A DNA stretch of 57,011 nt. Source: Bacteroidales bacterium. Its GTDB lineage: Bacteria > Bacteroidota > Bacteroidia > Bacteroidales > UBA12170. Shown here piece by piece: positions 9,191 through 18,289 of the stretch (its first letter is position 1; each line of letters opens with the position of its first letter). The translations under genes were made by a program, and so were the position numbers. The stretch lies in the NCBI GenBank assembly GCA_016933745.1, contig JAFGAK010000166.1:1-57011 (forward strand). Direction: 5' to 3'. The notes under the pieces were generated by a model that ran no database searches, was not told where the DNA came from, and saw nothing but the letters and a program-made list of their open reading frames with translations.

Positions 9191-10438
9191 ATGAAAATAA
9201 GTAAATACAGTTTTGGTGTAGGTGATCGTTTTAACCACGAGGGAGAAGCGCAATTAAAAGCCTTAATAAAAGCAAATAAAAAGGGAATTGATGTAACTCC
9301 CGTTTGGAATAAATCGAACCGCGAACACAATATTGTACATTCTGAACCAGTAGAAACTCGCTTGGAAGCCAACGCGGCTGTAAAAAATTTAGCTTGGGAG
9401 GGCTCATATTTTGTTGACGCAGATCACATTAACCTTTCCAATGTAGACCGCTTTATCCAACATTCTGATTTTTTCACACTCGATGTAGCCATGTATATTG
9501 GAAATGAATCTTCGGCAGAAAATGTAGCCGCCTTCAAAAAATCGTGCAAGGAGCTAGGTAGCGAAGTGGTCATTCCCGGAATCGATGAACCAATTCTAAT
9601 TTCTGACGAATTATTAAATGAAGTTTCAGGAAAATATTTGGCTGCTGTTAACGAGGCAGGGAAAATATATCGCCACATCGCAGACGCTAAAGGTTTAGGT
9701 AATTTTGTTACGGAAGTATCGATGGACGAAGTGGAAGAACCACAAACACCGGTGGATATGTTTTTCATTTTGAAAATGATTGCCGATGAAAAAATTCCTG
9801 CACAAACCATCGCGCCAAAATTTACAGGCCGTTTTAATAAAGGAGTTGATTATATTGGGGATGTGGAGCAATTTACAAAAGAGTTCGAACAAGATGTTTT
9901 AGTCATTGATTACGCGATTAAAGCTTTTGGACTTCCTGCTGACTTGAAAATGAGTGTTCATTCAGGTTCCGATAAATTCACAATTTATCCAATCATGGCC
10001 GAAATCATAAAAAAATACGATAAAGGACTTCACGTAAAAACCGCAGGTACAACTTGGTTGGAAGAAGTCATTGGTTTAGCTATTTCAGGCGATGAAGGCT
10101 TAGCTGTTGCGAAAGAAATCTATGCAAAAGCGCTTGCCAGAAAAGAAGAACTTTGTGCTCCGTATGCCGATGTTATCGATATTGATGATGCTCAACTTCC
10201 AACAATAGAGGAAGTTGCGAGATGGACCGGTGAACAGTTTGGAAATACATTGCGCCATATTCCTGGTCATCCCGATTATAACTTAAACTTCCGTCAATTG
10301 ATTCATGTTGGTTATAAAGTGGCTGCCGAAATGGGTGAAAAATACACGGGTCTACTTGAAAAATACAGCGTAATAGTGGGGGCATGCGTAGAAGAAAATA
10401 TCTACGAACGTCATCTAAAAAGATTATTTGATTTGTAA
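9191..10438 (+). CDS. uxaE: Tagaturonate/fructuronate epimerase family
   Basis: SFGVGDRF, VDADH, EVSMDE, FNKGVDY, SVHSGSDKF and HVKTAGTTWLE motifs. Confidence 0.88.
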   Translation: MKISKYSFGVGDRFNHEGEAQLKALIKANKKGIDVTPVWNKSNREHNIVHSEPVETRLEANAAVKNLAWEGSYFVDADHINLSNVDRFIQHSDFFTLDVAMYIGNESSAENVAAFKKSCKELGSEVVIPGIDEPILISDELLNEVSGKYLAAVNEAGKIYRHIADAKGLGNFVTEVSMDEVEEPQTPVDMFFILKMIADEKIPAQTIAPKFTGRFNKGVDYIGDVEQFTKEFEQDVLVIDYAIKAFGLPADLKMSVHSGSDKFTIYPIMAEIIKKYDKGLHVKTAGTTWLEEVIGLAISGDEGLAVAKEIYAKALARKEELCAPYADVIDIDDAQLPTIEEVARWTGEQFGNTLRHIPGHPDYNLNFRQLIHVGYKVAAEMGEKYTGLLEKYSVIVGACVEENIYERHLKRLFDL

Positions 10439-10495
10439 AAAAATAAACACATAAATTATTTGAATAACTTCGGGCTTTCGACTAACTCATAGATT

Positions 10496-11896
10496 ATGAA
10501 GAAATTCATGGACAAAGATTTCCTTTTGAAAACACAAACAGCAAAGGAATTATACCACAATCACGCGGCAAAAATGCCTATTTTCGATTATCATTGTCAT
10601 ATTAATCCGCAAGAAATTGCTGAAGATAAACGTTTTGAGAATATAACGCAGATATGGTTATACGGCGATCATTATAAATGGCGAGCCATGCGTACAAATG
10701 GAGTTGATGAAAGATTTTGTACCGGAGATGCTTCTGATTGGGAAAAGTTTGAAAAATGGGCTGAAACGGTTCCGTTTACTGTGCGTAATCCTTTGTTTCA
10801 TTGGACACATTTAGAATTGAAAAAATTCTTTGGAATCGATAAAATTTTAAGTCCTGCTACCGCGAAAGAAATTTGGGAAGAATGTAATGCCAAATTGCAA
10901 ACTCCTGAGTATTCAGTTCGGAATATTATTCGGATGGCCAATGTTCATACCATTTGTACAACCGACGATCCCATTGATTCCTTGGAATATCATAAACAAA
11001 TTAAAGCCGATGTTTTTGAAGTGGCGGTATTACCTGCCTGGAGACCAGATAAAGCCATGGCTGTTGAAAAGGCAGAAACCTTTAACAAATACATGGATAG
11101 CTTAGCTGCTGCCGCAGAAATTACAATCGATTCATTCTCAAGTTTTATAACAGCATTGGATAAGCGTCACCAGTTTTTTCACGAAAATGGTTGCCGATTG
11201 TCGGATCACGGGTTGGAAACGATTATTGCTGAAGATTATACAGAAAATGAAATTGAACAAATCTTTGCTAAAATTCGTGGTGGTGCAGATTTAACCTCGA
11301 ATGAAGTGGTGCAATTTAAATCGTGCATGCTTTATGAGTTTGGTATTATGGACCACTCTCGTGGATGGACACAGCAATTTCATTTAGGTGCTTTAAGAAA
11401 CAACAGTACTCGCTTATTTAATCAATTAGGGCCAGATGTGGGTTTGGATTCTATTGGCGATTTTGAAATGGCAAAGCCTTTGTCGAAGTTTTTAGACCGC
11501 TTGGATTTGAATAATCAATTGGCAAAAACAGTTTTGTATAATTTAAATCCTCGTGATAACGAATTAATAGGAACCATGATTGGCAATTTCCAAGATGGTT
11601 CTGTTGCAGGTAAAATGCAATTTGGCTCCGGTTGGTGGTTTCTTGATCAGAAAGACGGTATGGAAAAGCAAATCAATGCCCTTTCGAATTTAGGATTATT
11701 AAGTCGATTTGTTGGAATGTTAACCGATTCGCGCAGCTTTCTTTCATATACCAGGCACGAGTATTTTCGTCGTACTTTATGCAATATGTTAGGCAACGAC
11801 GTTGAAAATGGAGAAATTCCACATGATATGGAATTACTTGGAACAATGGTGGAAAACATTTGTTTTAACAATGCTAAAGAATATTTCAATTTCTAA
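10496..11896 (+). CDS. uxaC: Uronate isomerase
   Basis: DYHCH, GDHYKWRAMR, GSGWWFLDQ and GMLTDSRSFLSYTRHEYFRR motifs. Confidence 0.97.
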   Translation: MKKFMDKDFLLKTQTAKELYHNHAAKMPIFDYHCHINPQEIAEDKRFENITQIWLYGDHYKWRAMRTNGVDERFCTGDASDWEKFEKWAETVPFTVRNPLFHWTHLELKKFFGIDKILSPATAKEIWEECNAKLQTPEYSVRNIIRMANVHTICTTDDPIDSLEYHKQIKADVFEVAVLPAWRPDKAMAVEKAETFNKYMDSLAAAAEITIDSFSSFITALDKRHQFFHENGCRLSDHGLETIIAEDYTENEIEQIFAKIRGGADLTSNEVVQFKSCMLYEFGIMDHSRGWTQQFHLGALRNNSTRLFNQLGPDVGLDSIGDFEMAKPLSKFLDRLDLNNQLAKTVLYNLNPRDNELIGTMIGNFQDGSVAGKMQFGSGWWFLDQKDGMEKQINALSNLGLLSRFVGMLTDSRSFLSYTRHEYFRRTLCNMLGNDVENGEIPHDMELLGTMVENICFNNAKEYFNF

Positions 11897-11910
11897 TCAT
11901 TGAAAAAAAT

Positions 11911-12249
11911 ATGAAAAAGAGTGATCTTTTTTTCGAAGCGAAAGAATTGGTGTGGGAAGTCATTGATGAAAAAATCAAGCGGCAGATTGTTGGCTTTGAC
12001 GATAAAATAATGATGGTCAACGTTCTTTTTGAAAAGGGTGGTATTGGCGCATTGCATAGTCATACACATTCTCAGGTTACTCATATTGCAGAAGGTGTTT
12101 TTAAAGTAAGCATAGAAGGAGAAGCAAAGATTTTAAAAAAAGGAGATGCATTTTATATTCCGGCCAATAAAGTTCACGGTGTTGTTTGTCTGGGAAAAGG
12201 TATGCTCGTCGATGTTTTTAGTCCTGTAAGAGAAGATTTTTTAAAGTAA
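11911..12249 (+). CDS. kdgF: Cupin, KdgF-like pectin degradation protein
   Basis: HSHTHSQ, HGVVC and DVFSPVREDF motifs; hexuronate operon context. Confidence 0.88.
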   Translation: MKKSDLFFEAKELVWEVIDEKIKRQIVGFDDKIMMVNVLFEKGGIGALHSHTHSQVTHIAEGVFKVSIEGEAKILKKGDAFYIPANKVHGVVCLGKGMLVDVFSPVREDFLK

Positions 12250-12265
12250 AAAACAGATAAATAAA

Positions 12266-13306
12266 ATGAGCAAAGTAGTAACATTTGGGGAGATCATGCT
12301 ACGCTTAGCACCTCCCGGATTTTTAAGATTTTCACAAGCAACTAATTTTGAGCTTGTTTATGGAGGTGGAGAATCGAATGTAGCTGTTTCCTTAGCAAAT
12401 TTTGGCGTTTCTGTCGATTTTGTAACGCGCTTACCAAAAAACGATATTGGTCAGTGTGCATTGATGGAAATGCGCAAGCACGGCGTAGGTGTAGATAAAA
12501 TTATTCATGGTGGCGATCGTTTAGGAATTTATTTTTTAGAAACAGGTGCTGTTTCCAGAGGTTCTAAAGTTATTTACGATCGTGCAAATTCATCCATGGC
12601 TGAAATCAAAACCGGAATGATCAATTGGGAAGAAATTTTTGCCGACGCCGAATGGTTTCATTGGACAGGTATCACACCTGCAATTTCTCAGAGTGCTGCC
12701 GACGTTTGTTTAGAAGCTGTAAAAGTCGCTAGCAAATTAGGTTTAACCATTTCTACCGATTTAAATTACAGAGCCAAACTTTGGAATTATGGTGGCAATC
12801 GCGAAGCTATTATGACGGAATTAACTTCCTATTGCGATATCATTTTAGGCAACGAAGAAGATGCAGAGATGCATTTTGGAATCAAACCTGAAGGTGTTGA
12901 TGTTCAAACGCACGGACATGATCTTAAAGCAGATGCTTTTTTATCTGTTTGTACCCAAATGATGGGAAAATTCCCACGAGCTAAAAAAGTAATTACAACC
13001 TTAAGAGGTTCTATTTCAGCCTCTCATAATACGTGGGCAGGCGTTTTATACGATGGAACAACCATGTATGAATCAGCGCAATATCAAATTACAGATATTG
13101 TCGATAGAGTAGGAGGTGGAGATAGCTTTATGGGTGGATTGATCTACGGATTATTGACTTTTAATGGCGATGATCAAAAAGCATTGGATTTTGCAGTTGC
13201 AGCTTCTGCGCTAAAACATACAATCAAAGGAGATGCTAATTTGGTAACTGTAGAGGAAGTGAAGAAATTAATGGGTGGTGATGCCTCAGGTAGAGTTGCT
13301 CGATAA
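12266..13306 (+). CDS. kdgK: 2-keto-3-deoxygluconate kinase (PfkB)
   Basis: FGEIMLRL, DLNYRAKLW and DRVGGGDSF motifs. Confidence 0.93.
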   Translation: MSKVVTFGEIMLRLAPPGFLRFSQATNFELVYGGGESNVAVSLANFGVSVDFVTRLPKNDIGQCALMEMRKHGVGVDKIIHGGDRLGIYFLETGAVSRGSKVIYDRANSSMAEIKTGMINWEEIFADAEWFHWTGITPAISQSAADVCLEAVKVASKLGLTISTDLNYRAKLWNYGGNREAIMTELTSYCDIILGNEEDAEMHFGIKPEGVDVQTHGHDLKADAFLSVCTQMMGKFPRAKKVITTLRGSISASHNTWAGVLYDGTTMYESAQYQITDIVDRVGGGDSFMGGLIYGLLTFNGDDQKALDFAVAASALKHTIKGDANLVTVEEVKKLMGGDASGRVAR

Positions 13307-13326
13307 TAAAAAAAAGATGAACTGAT

Positions 13327-13995
13327 ATGGCACAATTTACAAGATTAGAAGTGGCTTCAGTAATGCAAGAAACCGGAATGGTTCCCTTGTTTTATAATAA
13401 AGATATCGAAGTAAGTAAGCAGGTATTAAAAGCCTGTTATAATGGTGGTGCCAGATTGATGGAATTTACGGCTCGAGGAGATTTTGCCCACGAAGTTTTT
13501 GGTGAATTAACCAAGTATGCGATCAAAGAATTGCCTGGAATGATTATGGGTGTTGGTTCTGTAACCGATGCATCTGCAGCATCTCGTTTCATGTCTTTAG
13601 GAGCAAACTTTATCGTTACTCCGGTGTTGAGAGAAGACATCGCGATTGTTTGTAATCGCCGGAAAGTACTGTGGTCGGCAGGTTGTGGAACATTAACTGA
13701 AATTGCCAAAGCAGAAGAGCTAGGCTGCGAAATTGTCAAATTATTCCCTGGTGATATTTACGGACCACAATTCGTAAAAGGTATTAAAGGACCACAACCT
13801 TGGACCAGCATTATGCCAACGGGAGGCGTTTCCCCAAACAAGGAAAACTTAAAAGCTTGGTTTGATGCTGGGGTAATTTGCGTTGGAATGGGATCTCAAT
13901 TAATATCCAAAGATATCTTGGTAAACAAGGATTATAAAAAACTAGAGCAAGATGTAAAGGCTGCTTTAACAATAATAAAAGAGGTGAGAAAATAA
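13327..13995 (+). CDS. kdgA: KDPG/KHG aldolase
   Basis: MEFTARG, VKLFPG and IMPTGGV motifs. Confidence 0.93.
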   Translation: MAQFTRLEVASVMQETGMVPLFYNKDIEVSKQVLKACYNGGARLMEFTARGDFAHEVFGELTKYAIKELPGMIMGVGSVTDASAASRFMSLGANFIVTPVLREDIAIVCNRRKVLWSAGCGTLTEIAKAEELGCEIVKLFPGDIYGPQFVKGIKGPQPWTSIMPTGGVSPNKENLKAWFDAGVICVGMGSQLISKDILVNKDYKKLEQDVKAALTIIKEVRK

Positions 13996-14057
13996 AATGG
14001 TTTATACTATTTGGAAATAAGTAGTTAAATAAAATTCAAAATAACCAGTTAAACTGA

Positions 14058-15389
14058 ATGATTATGAATAAAACAAATCAAAACACAGGAAACTATCGAT
14101 ACAGGATTCTTGCTTTATTATTTGCTGCCACTTCAATCAACTATTTTGATAGAAGTTTAATGGGAGTTATGTCGCCCGACTTGATTGAATGGTTTGGATG
14201 GACAAAGCAGGATTATTCAAATATTATTATCGTATTTCAAGCTGCCTATGCCATTGGTTTATTAACCATGGGAGGTTTAATCGATCGCCTAGGAACCAAA
14301 AAAGGATATATCGCATCCATTGGGATATGGAGTGTTTTCGGAATGCTACATGCAACCATAGGAAAAGGTTTTAGCCTCATTGGTTTTATGTTAGCACGGT
14401 TTGGACTAGGTTATGGAGAATCGGGCAACTTTCCGGCTGCTATCAAAACAACTGCTGAATGGTTCCCCAAAAAAGACAGAGCTTTTGCTACCGGAATTTT
14501 CAATGCAGCAACAAGTATTGGTGCGATAGCAGCACCTTTCGTTATTGGTGCAATTGTATACTGGACAGGCGGAAGCAGAGGTCAGGGTGATCTAGTAAAC
14601 TGGCGGATTCCATTTTTAATCACGGGTGTTTTAAGTGCCATTTGGGTATTTTTATGGTGGAGAACGTATCAAAAACCAGAAAATCACCCTAAAGTTTCCA
14701 AAGAAGAACTTGCTTATATCAATAGCGATTCAGTAGTCGAAAATATTGAAAAATTACCTTGGATAAAAGTGTTGCCTAAGAAAGAAACATGGGCATTTTC
14801 TTTGGCTAAAATTACGGATGCCGTTTGGTGGTTTTATTTATTCTGGGGAGCCATTTTCTTAGCGGAAAAATTTAATGTAGATATTAAGAATATGGGCTTG
14901 CCGTTTCTTGTTATTTATTTAATAGCCGATAGTGGTAGTATTTTAGGTGGATGGTTATCGGGCGCTTTTATGAGTAAAGGATGGTCGGTTAATAAAGCCA
15001 GAAAACTTACTTTGTTAATTTGTGCACTCATTATTTTGCCTGTAGCTTTTGTTGCTGTAACTGATAGTAAATGGATCGCTATTTTCCTAATTGGATTAGG
15101 CGCCGCTGGTCACCAAGCTTGGTCGGCAAATATTTTCACGCTTGCCTCCGATGTGTTTCCTAAAAAAGCAACGGCTTCGGTAGTTGGAATTGGTGGAATG
15201 GTTGGTGCTGTAGCAGGTATTGTTAGTAATTTTATACTTGGATCAGTACTTGATCAAGCAGATAATTCTGGATTCTTCTGGGCCTTTTTAGTTGCTGGCT
15301 CATGTTACCTCATTATTTTAGGCTTTGTCCATTTATTAATGCCAAAAATGACTCCATTGGATGAAAATTTAAATCCTATTTTAAACTAA
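14058..15389 (+). CDS. exuT: MFS hexuronate transporter
   Basis: INYFDR, GESGNFPAAIKTTAEWFPKKDRAFATGIFN and HQAWSAN motifs. Confidence 0.9.
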   Translation: MIMNKTNQNTGNYRYRILALLFAATSINYFDRSLMGVMSPDLIEWFGWTKQDYSNIIIVFQAAYAIGLLTMGGLIDRLGTKKGYIASIGIWSVFGMLHATIGKGFSLIGFMLARFGLGYGESGNFPAAIKTTAEWFPKKDRAFATGIFNAATSIGAIAAPFVIGAIVYWTGGSRGQGDLVNWRIPFLITGVLSAIWVFLWWRTYQKPENHPKVSKEELAYINSDSVVENIEKLPWIKVLPKKETWAFSLAKITDAVWWFYLFWGAIFLAEKFNVDIKNMGLPFLVIYLIADSGSILGGWLSGAFMSKGWSVNKARKLTLLICALIILPVAFVAVTDSKWIAIFLIGLGAAGHQAWSANIFTLASDVFPKKATASVVGIGGMVGAVAGIVSNFILGSVLDQADNSGFFWAFLVAGSCYLIILGFVHLLMPKMTPLDENLNPILN

Positions 15390-15414
15390 TCAATAACTTT
15401 ATTAAACCAATGAA

Positions 15415-15441
15415 GAAAGGGCCGGATATGGCCCTTTTTTT
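15415..15441 (+). terminator. Intrinsic terminator after exuT, possibly bidirectional
   Basis: GAAAGGGCC-GGATAT-GGCCCTTTTTTT between convergent exuT and lacI. Confidence 0.8.
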
Positions 15442-15494
15442 ATATGCGTTTATTCTTACTGCATGCAGGTGAATAAATCTATTTCATATAAAAA

Positions 15495-16523
15495 TTAGCT
15501 ACTGTGTTTTAAAGAAGATTTCCGAATCAACAATTCCGGTGATAAGATTACTTTTTTCTGCGACATAATTCTACTTGGGTTACTTACTTCTTCTAAAAAT
15601 ACTTTGGCCGTTAATCTTCCCATTTCGATAGGTGACTGATCAACAGTCGTAATGGAAAGTTCCATAAATTTAGTAAAAGGTTCATTGGCAAATCCAGCCA
15701 CACAAATGTCATCAGGTATTTTTAATCCGTGTTCTTTAATTTCTTGGATAGCTCCAAGAGCTGTAAAATCACTTGTCGAAAAAATTGCATCCGGGCGATT
15801 TCCCATTTCTAAGAGAGTTTTTGTGGCTTTTCTACCTTCAGCTACTCTACTCGAAATTTCAATAACTAAATTTTCATCAAATTCGAGTCCACTATCAATA
15901 ATCGCTTGTTTATAACCCAAATAACGATTCTTAAAGATTTCGAGCAATCGATCATTTGAAAGGTGGGCTATACGTTTGCAACCTTGATCAATCAAGTGTT
16001 TTGTTGCAGCATATGCCCCTTTAAAATCATCGATTGTTACCGAACTTACTCCTGGAATATCTTTCTGTCTATCAAAGAAAATCAATGGTACACGTTTTCT
16101 TAATAAACTCTTAAAGCTCTCGTTTTGCTCCAATTTAGCATTTGATATCGACATTAAGATGCCATCTACTTGGGCATTCAGTAAGGAGTTTATATTTCTA
16201 ATCTCTAAATTTTCTTGATCATGCGTTTGGCAAATAATAACATGATATCCATTGGGATATAATTCTTCTTCAATTCCGGTAATTACAGATGCAAAAAAAT
16301 TACTATCGATTCGTGGCACAATTACGCCAACATTGTAACTTTTTCCACTTTTTAAAGCTTTGGCAACTTTGTTTTGCTCATAATTCATCGCTTTAGCTGT
16401 TTGAATTACAAGCTCACGTGTCGCATCGCTTATTTTTGGATTGTTATTTAAAGCTCTAGAAACAGTTGCCGCAGTTATATCAAGCTTCCGTGCTATATCG
16501 TAAATTGTCGTTTTCTTAGTCAT
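15495..16523 (-). CDS. LacI family transcriptional regulator, probable KdgR/UxaR-like repressor of the locus
   Basis: TTIYDIARKLDITAATVSRAL HTH plus sugar-binding domain; the only regulator inside the PUL. Confidence 0.92.
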   Translation of the reverse strand: MTKKTTIYDIARKLDITAATVSRALNNNPKISDATRELVIQTAKAMNYEQNKVAKALKSGKSYNVGVIVPRIDSNFFASVITGIEEELYPNGYHVIICQTHDQENLEIRNINSLLNAQVDGILMSISNAKLEQNESFKSLLRKRVPLIFFDRQKDIPGVSSVTIDDFKGAYAATKHLIDQGCKRIAHLSNDRLLEIFKNRYLGYKQAIIDSGLEFDENLVIEISSRVAEGRKATKTLLEMGNRPDAIFSTSDFTALGAIQEIKEHGLKIPDDICVAGFANEPFTKFMELSITTVDQSPIEMGRLTAKVFLEEVSNPSRIMSQKKVILSPELLIRKSSLKHSS

Positions 16524-16580
16524 AAATTATTGTTAAATAATTTTTCGTGGGTAAATGTAGTTAATTATTATGAAATTGAA

Positions 16581-16594
16581 AGTCATCGATTGCA
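16581..16594. promoter_or_regulatory. Degenerate operator AGTCATCGATTGCA upstream of lacI (autoregulation)
   Basis: Two mismatches to the palindrome; lies upstream of a -7-like TACATTTA on the minus strand (16552-16559). Confidence 0.6.
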
Positions 16595-16736
16595 TTATGT
16601 CTTTTAACAGAAAAAATTTACACCTATAACTGGGTTGAAATGAGCTGTAATTGTTTGTACTTTCGTAAAGAAGATCACATTTGCATAAAAACAAGAATAT
16701 TATAAATTTAAATTTGGTCATTAATTATAAATTATT

Positions 16737-16758
16737 TAGATTTGTGTAATCGATTGCA
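16737..16758 (+). promoter_or_regulatory. GH28/susC promoter: -7 box TAGATTTG plus operator TGTAATCGATTGCA
   Basis: Box at 16737-16744 abutting the operator at 16745-16758; same geometry as the kduI promoter. Confidence 0.85.
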
Positions 16759-16829
16759 CTTTTGTGAGAAAATTTGTTTTATCAAAAGCTTACAAGATTG
16801 TTCTAATTATCAAACAAACTCAAACTATT

Positions 16830-18254
16830 ATGAATAAAATTTTGTCATTTTTGATTATTGTTACTTTTTTGAGCTTCTCTTGTAACAATGCAAATACACA
16901 AAAAACACAAAAACAGTTTTCAGAATGGGATTTGGCTAAGCAGATCGAAGATCGTCTTATTGCTCCTGTTTTCCCTGATAAAATAGTTAATATTCTGGAT
17001 TATGGTGCTCAGCCAGATGGAATTACAAATAATTCGGAAGCTTTTCAAAATGCTATTAAGGAATGTGCTGAAACAGGTGGAGGTGTTGTTTTGGTTCCGA
17101 AAGGAACCTATCTAACTGGTCCTATTCATTTAGAAAATAACATTAATCTACATTTAGAAGAAGGTGCTGAAATACTTTTTAGTGCGGTTCCTTCCGATTA
17201 TTATCCTTTGGTTCACACGTCCTATGAAGGTTTGGAATTGATGAATTACTCACCGCTAATTTATGCCTACCAGAAAAAAAATATTGCTGTCACAGGAAGT
17301 GGTGTCTTAAACGGACAGGCTGGTAATGATTCTTGGTGGCCTTGGTGCGGAAAAGATACCTACGGCTGGGAAAAAGGAATGCCATCGCAAAAAGACAGCC
17401 TCAACCTTCCCCGATTAATGGACATGGCAGAAAATGGGATTCCTATAAAAGATAGAATTTTTGGAGATGGACATTTTTTAAGACCAAGTTTTTTTGAACC
17501 TATAGAATGTGAAGACGTTTTTTTACAAGGAGTGAAAATAGTGAACGCCCCTTTTTGGGTCATTCACCCTTCAAAATGTACGAACGTCATCATTGATGGA
17601 GTTACGGTAGAAAGTCATGGACCAAATAACGATGGCTGCGATCCAGAATATTCCAAAAATGTGATCATAAAAAATTGCACCTTTAATACCGGTGATGATT
17701 GCATTGCAATTAAAGCCGGGCGAGATACTGAAGGAAGAAGAGTGGGGATTAAAAGCGAAAATGTAATTGTAAAAAATTGCAATATGATAGATGGACATGG
17801 TGGAGTAGTAATCGGAAGTGAAATGTCTGCCGGTGTACAAAATGTTTTTGTTGAAAATTGTACGATGAACAGTCCTAATCTGGATCGGGCTATCCGAATC
17901 AAAACAAACTCGCGAAGAGGTGGTTTTGTAGATGGCGTTTATGTTCGTAATGTTGAAATTGGACAAGTGAAAGAAGCGGTTTTAAAAGTCAACATGTTTT
18001 ATGCAACCTATTCAAATCAAACCGGTGAATTTATTCCATCAATTCAAAATATAAGCTTAGAAAATATAAACGTTAAAAATGGAGGCCATTTTGGAATTTT
18101 AGCCAAAGGTTATGCCGAATCTCCAATTAAAAATATAACATTTAACAAGGTAAGTATTGAGAAGGTTGATAAAGCTTTTTCGTTAGAAAATGTTGAAAAT
18201 CTTATACTGATTGATACATATATTAACGGAGAGCTTATGCAAAGTCCTCAATAA
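16830..18254 (+). CDS. GH28 polygalacturonase, lipoprotein
   Basis: NNDG, GDDC, GHGG and RIKT catalytic motifs; lipobox LSFSC after the start MNKILS at 16830. Confidence 0.93.
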   Translation: MNKILSFLIIVTFLSFSCNNANTQKTQKQFSEWDLAKQIEDRLIAPVFPDKIVNILDYGAQPDGITNNSEAFQNAIKECAETGGGVVLVPKGTYLTGPIHLENNINLHLEEGAEILFSAVPSDYYPLVHTSYEGLELMNYSPLIYAYQKKNIAVTGSGVLNGQAGNDSWWPWCGKDTYGWEKGMPSQKDSLNLPRLMDMAENGIPIKDRIFGDGHFLRPSFFEPIECEDVFLQGVKIVNAPFWVIHPSKCTNVIIDGVTVESHGPNNDGCDPEYSKNVIIKNCTFNTGDDCIAIKAGRDTEGRRVGIKSENVIVKNCNMIDGHGGVVIGSEMSAGVQNVFVENCTMNSPNLDRAIRIKTNSRRGGFVDGVYVRNVEIGQVKEAVLKVNMFYATYSNQTGEFIPSIQNISLENINVKNGGHFGILAKGYAESPIKNITFNKVSIEKVDKAFSLENVENLILIDTYINGELMQSPQ

Positions 18255-18289
18255 AGAACAAAGATTTCAACTAACTTAATAATTAAATT

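Noticed and set aside
16533-16721. 62-aa ORF upstream of lacI as a leader peptide
   Set aside because: Low-complexity AT-rich translation across a divergent promoter region containing an operator.
16764-16829. GTG start extending GH28
   Set aside because: It lies right at the operator/TSS region; ATG 16830 gives a normal lipoprotein signal.
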